Assembly: GCA_043819075.1 (NCBI GenBank)
Contig: JBDRFE010000002.1
Location: 114 to 64,113, forward strand
DNA: 64,000 nt
DNA from: an archaeon
GTDB taxonomy: Archaea > Iainarchaeota > Iainarchaeia > Iainarchaeales > 1-14-0-10-31-34
Direction: 5' to 3'
In this document: piece after piece, positions 57,891-64,000 of the stretch
How the letters are laid out: each line of letters starts with the position of its first letter
Numbering within the stretch: the first letter of the stretch is position 1
Notes under the pieces: model-generated
The model's database searches: none
What the model was told of the DNA's origin: nothing
Seen by the model: the letters and a program-made list of their open reading frames with translations, nothing else
Translations under genes and position numbers: made by a program

Positions 57891-58306
57891 GCATTCACCT
57901 TATGCCATGCCTTTATTTCAGCCCAATAAAATTTTTCCTGTTCTATTACAAAAAAACTTCTTTTCACTGAAATAACTGAAATCCCTTTTTCACAGCCTTT
58001 TTTTGTTGCAGTGCTTAATGCGCTTGAATTATTGTCAAAATCAATTAAATTGATTTCAAAGCATAAATTTTGTGAAGTCTTATTTAAGTACTTCGCTATT
58101 TCATTGTTTTTTCCCTGCAGTACAGCCTGCTGGAGTTTGCTGTTTTTTTCAAGCACTGTTAAAACGTCTTCTGAAACCAGTGCAAGCTTTGCTTCGTTTA
58201 ATGAATTCAGCCTGCTTTCATTGAAATGCACTGCAATGGAAAAAAGCATTGCAAAAGCAATAACCAATGCAATTACTGCATCAACTGAAATAACAAACCC
58301 TTTCAC
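57887..58306 (-). CDS. pilin-like protein (class III signal peptide-like)
   Basis: MKGFVISVDAVIALVIAFAML. A 4-bp overlap with the neighbour. Confidence 0.5.
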   Translation of the reverse strand: MKGFVISVDAVIALVIAFAMLFSIAVHFNESRLNSLNEAKLALVSEDVLTVLEKNSKLQQAVLQGKNNEIAKYLNKTSQNLCFEINLIDFDNNSSALSTATKKGCEKGISVISVKRSFFVIEQEKFYWAEIKAWHKVNA

Positions 58307-58809
58307 CCGAACACACCTAAAACAAGTTTTCTTTCAACACCGTTTAACAAAACAAATCTTTCAATTACAACTGCCTTGGTTTCGGGCCCGGGCATAACGC
58401 CAAAAAACTTGATTTCACTTGCTGAATTCATTTCTGTTACCTTAAAATAAAAATCGTATTTCCCTAACCCAAGAATTTCTTTTATTTCACTGTAACTGCT
58501 TTGGTTTAAGTCAATAAGCTTGTCTATTTTTTTTTCATCCAAAACATTTCTTTCTTTTGCAATGCCAATTGAATTAACATTCAGGTCATTCATTAACTCC
58601 CATGAATCCGGGTCGCCTGGAGTTGAAACCAACGCCTGAGAAGCATTCAGGGTTTTTTCCTGCATCTCTGAATAAAATTCTTCTTCGTTAAGTGAATTCT
58701 GTATTAAGCCAAAAGAGCTAACTGAAATAACCAGAATAAACAATAATGCAGTTAATGCAACAATTAAGTCTGTTGTAAAAATCTGGCCTTTAGAGTTCTT
58801 CAACTTCAA
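58303..58809 (-). CDS. pilin-like protein (class III signal peptide)
   Basis: MKLKNSKGQIFTTDLIVALTALLFILVISV has a KG-Q cleavage context. Confidence 0.55.
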   Translation of the reverse strand: MKLKNSKGQIFTTDLIVALTALLFILVISVSSFGLIQNSLNEEEFYSEMQEKTLNASQALVSTPGDPDSWELMNDLNVNSIGIAKERNVLDEKKIDKLIDLNQSSYSEIKEILGLGKYDFYFKVTEMNSASEIKFFGVMPGPETKAVVIERFVLLNGVERKLVLGVFG

Positions 58810-59449
58810 TCACTCCGTTCAGGTTTTTAACTGAAATTTCTGTTGCATTTTCTTTGCTTATGAAAACTATTTTTTTTGCTATCAGTGAAGCTGAAACAAA
58901 CTGCCCTTGCCTGAAAAAAACTTTAACTGAGTTTTCCTCAAACCCTAATTCAAAATCAAATTGTTTTTCAATTACTGTCGTACTTCCGTTTCCGCTCAAA
59001 TAAATTCCGTTGACTGCTCTTGTAGTTTTTTCCAAAAGGGTTTTTGCCTTTATTTTTTCTGAATTAAAATCAGTGAGTTCTTTTTGCTGGAATGAAACAA
59101 AAACAACCAAAGAAAATAATGAAAAAAGAATAACAAGCGTTATAACGAATTCAGCTGAAATCTGCCCTCTCGCGGTTTCGCCCGCGAGTGACGAAATACG
59201 GCATAAAGCCGTATGTGCTTCGCTTTTCGCTCGCGAGTGACGAAGCACAACCTGCGGTTGAGCGTGCTTCGCTTTCCCGCTTCCGTGCGGGAGTAACGGA
59301 GCACTATCTTCGCTTGCGCTCGATAGAGCCAGCACAGCTTTACGCTGTGCCTCGCTACAACCAGCCAAAACTGGTTCACGGCATTCACTTCGTTCAGCCG
59401 AGCTGGCACACCTTTGGCGTGCCTCGCTGTTTTTTGTTTTTTTTTTCAT
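58790..59449 (-). CDS. pilin-like protein whose 5' end is occupied by a GC-rich repeat insertion (N-terminal about 90 codons of the ORF are repeat-derived; native start apparently lost)
   Basis: The mature-pilin-like segment ARGQISAEFVITLVILFSLFSLVVFV begins exactly at the repeat boundary (about 59177). No ATG/GTG/TTG lies in frame between it and the repeat-encoded MKKKTKNSEARQRCASSAERSE... Confidence 0.45.
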   Translation of the reverse strand: MKKKTKNSEARQRCASSAERSECREPVLAGCSEAQRKAVLALSSASEDSAPLLPHGSGKAKHAQPQVVLRHSRAKSEAHTALCRISSLAGETARGQISAEFVITLVILFSLFSLVVFVSFQQKELTDFNSEKIKAKTLLEKTTRAVNGIYLSGNGSTTVIEKQFDFELGFEENSVKVFFRQGQFVSASLIAKKIVFISKENATEISVKNLNGVIEVEEL

Positions 59450-59455
59450 TTAATC
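59160..59455 (+). repeat. GC-rich hairpin-dense repeat element (copy 2, about 295 bp) inserted in the pilus locus
   Basis: Hairpins ctcgcggTTTCGCCcgcgag, atacggcATAAAgccgtat, gtgcttcg...cgaagcac, cccgcTTCCGTGcggg, gcacagcTTTACgctgtgc, ggcacACCTTTGGCgtgcc. The GTGCTTCGCTTT unit occurs three times. Shares about 50 nt with 37695-37815. Confidence 0.6.
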
Positions 59456-61265
59456 ACGGAGTCCTCTGAATAATGCTAATGTCATCAACATAAAAATAAT
59501 CTCCTGTGCTGTTCATCCATGAATCAAATCCAATCCAGAATTCGCTTGAAAGAGTGTAAGCATTCAAGTCAAAAGCATAAAAATGATAAACATTATCTGA
59601 ATCAGCTGAAGTAAAAGTTTTTATTACACTCCAGGTTATCCCGTCAGATGAAACAAGGACATTCTGGTAATCGCTTCCTTCAAATGAATTTACTTTAGCC
59701 CAGAATTCAAGCCTTGGCTTTGAATAAGAACTTAAGTCAACTGCTCTTGTAGCATAGCCTGTTGCCAGCCTAAGCCTCAAATGTCTTGGAGGAGTGTATG
59801 TTCCTCCTGAAGTTACAAGAGATGAATCGCCTGAATGAATCCAGCCTGCAGTCCACCCTGTTCCTGAATTCCAGCTTGTGTCCGGAAAGTTATCAAATGC
59901 AATTACAACAGGATATTGGATTACATTTATTTGTATAACCCTGTTTTCATTGCTGCTTCCTTCATTAGAGTTAGCTGAATCATCAACACAATTGATACCC
60001 CAAAAATAATTTCCATTAACCGAAAAAGTTTTTGTAAAACTCTGTGTTATTCCTTCGCTTACTGAATTGTCTGTCTGGTCAACTGCTCCGTTAATTATTA
60101 GTTCACAGAAAGCAATTCCAGAGTCAATGTCATTAACAGAATAATCAAACTGCACTGAAAAGTTTCCTGAAACAAATCCGTTTGAAGGCGACACCAAGCT
60201 TATTGTTGGTGCAAGAGTATCATTAAACGGAACACTGACTGTAACTGAAACATAATCTGAATTAATTCCATCTGAAGCAGTTATTGTTCCTGCACTGCTT
60301 CCTGCCCCGATTGGCACATCAATTATTGCAGTGAATTCATTGCAGGTATTTCCTGTAAGCAAACCGACTGAAGGAATTGGCTGAATCCATAAAGCAATGG
60401 TTCCGGAAAAAATAAAATCAATTCCTGTTATTGTTGAATCAGTTGTATTGCATAACTGGAAACTCGTTGAATCAGAGTTTCCTTCAATTATTGTTGTATT
60501 CCAGTAATTTGGGAAAACCCTTAAAGGCTTTTCAGCTGAACCAGTTATTACTTCAAGTGTTACCGGAACAACAATTCTTTTTGCACCATCAGTTGTTGCT
60601 GCATCAAAAATTATTTCCCCTGAATAATTGCCTGCTGCTGTCTGGCTTGAAGAAAAATTAATGTCAATTGAATAGCTTGAACCAGATGCTACAACAAAAA
60701 AATTGCTGCTTAAATTCATTGAAACCTCAACTGAATTCCAGTTAAAGCTTACTGTTACATTTGCATCAGCTGAAGTGCTGTTTATTATTGAAATGCTTTC
60801 AGTTGAATTTGAATCCTGTGCTATTGCAGAGTAAATGCTTCCCTTGTTTGACTCAATTTTAATGTCACCTATTACAACATATCCTTCAAATGCTGTAATC
60901 CAAACCCAGTGGCCTCCTGGTTCTGTGGGAATGCTTCCGCTTAACTCTGTTTTTGATTCAGCTATTAAGTCTGTTCCGTTTACATTAATTCTTACAGTCT
61001 TGTCTGAAACACTTGTTTTTGTTTCATCAACTCCTGATGGAATTACCACAAAAATCTGTTTTGTTGTGCCAGGCCCTGAAACAAAAACTTCTTCTGCTGT
61101 CCTTGCAATTTTGTTTACAGTGTTTTGTGCATCAGAATTAGCTTTAGCTGAATTAATTCCTGTTATTTCATTGTTTGATGTAACAAGGATTAATCCTATT
61201 GCAACCATTGAAACAGCAAGAATAACTAATAATTCCACTGAAGCCTGGGCTTTTCCGCAAACCAT
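59454..61265 (-). CDS. large pilin-like / adhesin-like protein with class III signal peptide
   Basis: MVCGKAQASVELLVILAVSMVAIGLILV (E at +5). 603 aa. S/T/N-rich with repeated beta-rich segments. Confidence 0.55.
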   Translation of the reverse strand: MVCGKAQASVELLVILAVSMVAIGLILVTSNNEITGINSAKANSDAQNTVNKIARTAEEVFVSGPGTTKQIFVVIPSGVDETKTSVSDKTVRINVNGTDLIAESKTELSGSIPTEPGGHWVWITAFEGYVVIGDIKIESNKGSIYSAIAQDSNSTESISIINSTSADANVTVSFNWNSVEVSMNLSSNFFVVASGSSYSIDINFSSSQTAAGNYSGEIIFDAATTDGAKRIVVPVTLEVITGSAEKPLRVFPNYWNTTIIEGNSDSTSFQLCNTTDSTITGIDFIFSGTIALWIQPIPSVGLLTGNTCNEFTAIIDVPIGAGSSAGTITASDGINSDYVSVTVSVPFNDTLAPTISLVSPSNGFVSGNFSVQFDYSVNDIDSGIAFCELIINGAVDQTDNSVSEGITQSFTKTFSVNGNYFWGINCVDDSANSNEGSSNENRVIQINVIQYPVVIAFDNFPDTSWNSGTGWTAGWIHSGDSSLVTSGGTYTPPRHLRLRLATGYATRAVDLSSYSKPRLEFWAKVNSFEGSDYQNVLVSSDGITWSVIKTFTSADSDNVYHFYAFDLNAYTLSSEFWIGFDSWMNSTGDYFYVDDISIIQRTP

Positions 61266-61331
61266 ACAAAACCATAATTATAACAGAAAACCATTTATTA
61301 TACTTTTTGAGTTTAAAGGAAAAAATTTGAA

Positions 61332-61556
61332 TCAGTATAATGTTCCAAGAACCTGTTTTCCTTTTAAGTAAATCCAGATTGTTGCGCCAAGAGACAGCAT
61401 TGAAACAAAATAGAATGTTGTTGCAACAAGGCTGTAACCGCTGGTTTGTGCGAGAATTCCTTCAACAAAAGTTGCAATAGAAAAAGTAACTAAAATTATT
61501 CCGCTTAAAAGAAAGAAAACAATTTTCATTTCCTGTTGTCTTGTCTCGTTTTTCAT
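61332..61556 (-). CDS. small membrane protein (hypothetical)
   Basis: 74 aa, two TM helices. Confidence 0.3.
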   Translation of the reverse strand: MKNETRQQEMKIVFFLLSGIILVTFSIATFVEGILAQTSGYSLVATTFYFVSMLSLGATIWIYLKGKQVLGTLY

Positions 61557-61566
61557 TTAATTCAGC

Positions 61567-62436
61567 TCAAAATATTTCTATATCCGCATATATTTTTATG
61601 CCTTCCTTTTCAAAATTCAGGGCGCAAATTTTGTTGGTGTGTTTTGTTCCCCTCATTTTAAGGATTTCAAGCGAATGCACTCTTACATCTTTTTCTTCTT
61701 TTTTTTCGTAATACAATGAAATCAGCGAGTCAACCAAAAACCCTACAGAGCCTTTAGCTGTTTCAGCTTCTTTTGGGCCCATTTCGCTTAATATCATTGA
61801 AGTGCAGTCCCATTTTTTCAGCAACTCAAAAAACCTTAAAGTGTTTTCTCTTTGCTGGTATTCGTCTTTAAACAATAAACTGTAAGAAGTAATTGAATCA
61901 ACAACTAATCTTTTTGCTTTCATTTCCTGTATTGCATCTTTTATCGGTCCCCCGCCCTGCTCTAATAATCTTCCAACCTGATGCGGCTTGTATTCTAACA
62001 CACGAAACAGGTTTTTTTCCTCTAATTCCTTGAAATCCCAGCCGTATTCAGCGCTGTGCCTGTAATATGATTCCCTGCTTTCTTCAAAACTGATTAGTAT
62101 TCCAGGGTCATTATAAATTTTTGCCCCGTTATAAAGGAACTGTAACCCAAAAGTTGTTTTTCCTGTTCCGGCACTGCCTGTTACAAGAATAGTGGAATTT
62201 TTTTCAAACCCGCCTTCAATTAATTCGTCAAAACCAAAAATTCCTGATGGAATTCTTTTAAGTTCACCGAGTTTTGGCTTGTTTTCAGGAACCTTGTTTT
62301 TTTCTTCAGGTTTTTTTATTACAGGCTTTTCTTTTTGAGCTGAATTTTCGGGTGTCTTTTTTTTTGTTTCAGGCAATTCTTTTTTTATCCCTAAATCGCT
62401 TTCAATTACTAGTTTTTTTTCTTCCATTGCATTCAC
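61567..62436 (-). CDS. KaiC-like RecA-superfamily ATPase with K/E-rich N-terminal extension (FlaH-like candidate)
   Basis: GIFGFDELIEGGFEKNSTILVTGSAGTGKTTFGLQFLYNGA Walker A in a KaiC domain. It lies at the edge of the pilus/archaellum-like locus. Confidence 0.75.
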   Translation of the reverse strand: MNAMEEKKLVIESDLGIKKELPETKKKTPENSAQKEKPVIKKPEEKNKVPENKPKLGELKRIPSGIFGFDELIEGGFEKNSTILVTGSAGTGKTTFGLQFLYNGAKIYNDPGILISFEESRESYYRHSAEYGWDFKELEEKNLFRVLEYKPHQVGRLLEQGGGPIKDAIQEMKAKRLVVDSITSYSLLFKDEYQQRENTLRFFELLKKWDCTSMILSEMGPKEAETAKGSVGFLVDSLISLYYEKKEEKDVRVHSLEILKMRGTKHTNKICALNFEKEGIKIYADIEIF

Positions 62437-62595
62437 TTGCTTAATTAAACAAATTCCGCTGAATTTGTAACGTCAAAAACCATTCGTGCTGACAGCTTAG
62501 CTTGTGGTTTTTGACCCAAATATAATTGCAGTTACTTATTTAAATACCTGATTATTTAAAAAAAGAAAAAGAAAAAAAGCAGTTAAACTGCTTTT

Positions 62596-62955
62596 TTAGA
62601 CTTTCATTGCAAGTTTTTTGATGGCAACAATTGCTACTATTACTGCTGCCGGAGCAACAAATATTGCAATGTTGGAGAAAATGTTTGCAAGAATGGTTCC
62701 TAACATCGGGACTGCGTCATCTATTATTCTAAAGCTGTTAATTGCTCCTGTTGCCAGCAAGGCAATTGATGCAATCAAGAACGGTGTTGTTTCTTTGTCT
62801 TTAATGTTCAGCAATCCAACAATTATTCCTAGGATTACAAGCACTAAAGGAATCCATGCTTCAAGGTTAGGCAAAAACCCAATAAACACCCCTGCAAGGA
62901 AAGCTATTATTACACCGAGCACAAAAGCCCATTCTCCTATTTGCTCTAATTCCAT
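62596..62955 (-). CDS. membrane protein (hypothetical)
   Basis: 119 aa, 3-4 TM helices. Preferred over the antisense ORF 62618-62974. Confidence 0.45.
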   Translation of the reverse strand: MELEQIGEWAFVLGVIIAFLAGVFIGFLPNLEAWIPLVLVILGIIVGLLNIKDKETTPFLIASIALLATGAINSFRIIDDAVPMLGTILANIFSNIAIFVAPAAVIVAIVAIKKLAMKV

Positions 62956-63079
62956 TTTTTCCCTCCTTTTATAGTATTAAAAAACAATCAATCGTATTGA
63001 TTTAGAATTACTTATTTAAATTCCTTTGCTTTTAGAATTTCCTGTTCTTTTCTTTGATTAAGCCAAATAAAGCCTTTTT

Positions 63080-63378
63080 TTGCGGTTTTCAGGCAGTTTA
63101 AGCATTGGGCACGCCCTGAAGTCGAATCAATTCAAGAAATTGGATTAGCCCTTAATTGTTCTTCCCTCCGCTGCTCCCAAAAGCATTAAGCAGTAAAATT
63201 TCCGTTGCTCCCTTCCAGGCCTGGCGGGTTGACTTTAAAGCCCAATCTCAGGGGACAGAGGTTCATTGAAACAGTCAAGGATCCTTTTCCCTGGATTAAA
63301 TCCTTCTCCAAAGCTTCGGCTCCTGCTAAAGCAGATTTCAGGTAACAAGGAACTGCTGACTCCCCGGCCTAGCCCAAA
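63080..63378 (-). ncRNA. signal recognition particle RNA (7S/SRP RNA); ends approximate
   Basis: The minus strand contains CCGCCAGGCCUGGAAGGGAGCAACGG, matching the universally conserved SRP RNA domain IV (helix 8) AGGUCCGGAAGG(A/G)AGCA(G/A)C with GGAA tetraloop. It is GC-rich relative to its surroundings. A TTTTTAAA box lies about 24 nt upstream of the GGGCUAGG 5' end. Confidence 0.55.
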
Positions 63379-63466
63379 AAATTGTGTTAAAAAAGGTTTA
63401 AAAACTTTAAAAAAACAGGAAAAAGGTTATTAAGTGGTTTTTTCATTAATTTATTAGTGAGTTAAA

Positions 63467-63874
63467 ATGGTTAGTGCTAAAGCAAAATTAATTGCAGTTA
63501 TTACTGCTTTAGGAGCCATAGCAGGCTCTCTTGGCGGAGTAAAAGCTATTTCTGCAATTGAAGCTTTAACTGAAACACAGGCCGCAAGAGTTTTAAAAGA
63601 CAAGTCTTTAATTGAATTGCAAAACTGGATTGCAAAAGCAAGAACCGACACAAGATTAAACGCACAAGAACAGAAGTTAAGAATCCAACAGAAACTAGAA
63701 AACTGGAAAACCTTTAAGAACGATTTTAACGCTTCTTTTGGAAAACAAGTAAAAAGAAATCAGTGGCGAAAAGTCGGTGGTGGTGCAGCAGGAGGAGCTG
63801 CTTTAGGTCTAACTTTTTTAGGGGCAGGAGCGGCATTAGCCAGAAGACGTGCAAGAAGAAGAGGCAGACCTTAA
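63467..63874 (+). CDS. hypothetical protein with N-terminal hydrophobic segment and C-terminal Gly-rich / TM / Arg-rich tail (sorting-signal-like)
   Basis: N-terminus KLIAVITALGAIAGSLGG. The C-terminus VGGGAAGGAALGLTFLGAGAALARRRARRRGRP resembles a C-terminal membrane-anchor or sorting tripartite signal. Confidence 0.4.
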   Translation: MVSAKAKLIAVITALGAIAGSLGGVKAISAIEALTETQAARVLKDKSLIELQNWIAKARTDTRLNAQEQKLRIQQKLENWKTFKNDFNASFGKQVKRNQWRKVGGGAAGGAALGLTFLGAGAALARRRARRRGRP

Positions 63875-64000
63875 TTAATTCAATTTAAAAAAACAAAATC
63901 TATAATTATTTTATGAATCTTTTTTTTGATTTAAACTATTTTTCCCAGAAAATTTTTTCTTCAAAAAAATTAATGGTTTTTTTGATTCTGGCTAATTTAA

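Noticed and set aside
59160-59455. Possible CRISPR array in the GC-rich region (repeated GTGCTTCGCTTT... units about 50 nt apart)
   Set aside because: No identical direct repeats of 24 nt or more with regular spacing. The units are hairpin modules of different length and sequence, and there is no leader or cas context.
59140-59469. ORFs 59140-59409 (-), 59188-59469 (+) and 59010-59240 (+) within the GC-rich element
   Set aside because: Long ORFs are expected by chance in GC-rich DNA. The translations are Arg/Ala/Ser-rich low-complexity sequences that overlap each other in several frames.
63913-64000. Possible start of a + strand gene at the right edge (ATG at 63913)
   Set aside because: Only about 29 low-complexity codons (F/L/K-rich) lie before the window ends, with no motif. 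There is too little to support a call.

Overview
This window is AT-rich and gene-dense, and I read it as an archaeal genome of the small-cell DPANN type. The archaeal hallmarks are: transcription factor E; aTrm56 (the archaeal tRNA cytidine-56 2'-O-methyltransferase); archaeal-type D-aminoacyl-tRNA deacylase DtdA; class I lysyl-tRNA synthetase; an initiator tRNA with an A1:U72 end pair; tRNA-Lys(CTT) with a 15-nt intron at the canonical 37/38 position; tRNA-Phe(GAA) with a 44-nt intron in the D-loop; and an SRP (7S) RNA gene. Many genes are bacterial in type; the notable ones are a clustered MEP-pathway subset (dxs, dxr, ispD, ispF) and a long RelA/SpoT-family (p)ppGpp synthetase. From left to right the window contains: (1) a glycogen/alpha-glucan cluster, with phosphoglucomutase (partial at the left edge), a GalT-like nucleotidyltransferase, a GT3 eukaryote-like glycogen synthase, a GH57 hydrolase, a second GlgA-like synthase and a PfkB kinase; (2) small hypothetical genes, PPDK and the MEP genes; (3) DtdA, two methyltransferases and an IMPase/FBPase; (4) a roughly 11-kb accessory block (about 24.0-34.9 kb) bounded by phased T-tract DNA and an initiator tRNA, carrying an XerC/D-type recombinase, an HTH-XRE plus membrane protein pair, a secreted Cys-rich transglutaminase-like protein, PEBP, TspO, an FkbM methyltransferase, a SprT-like metalloprotease, and 7 of the window's 9 copies of a conserved AGTTATGTATA-containing motif; (5) TFE, aTrm56, SerRS and a tRNA cluster with a free-standing double-LAGLIDADG gene; (6) purine genes purA, purB (+1 frameshift), purF, purC and purE, plus guaA and class I lysS; (7) a KaiC-like ATPase, the RSH and tpiA; (8) a type IV pilus/archaellum-like locus (FlaI/TadA-like ATPase, two FlaJ/TadBC-like membrane proteins, at least five class-III-signal pilin-like proteins including a 603-aa one, and a second KaiC-like ATPase). 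The 5' end of one pilin gene is interrupted by a GC-rich, hairpin-dense repeat whose second copy lies between the two tRNA-Lys genes. The GC-rich repeat family, the island-associated motif and the bacterial-type MEP/RSH genes in an archaeal background are the items I would look at first.
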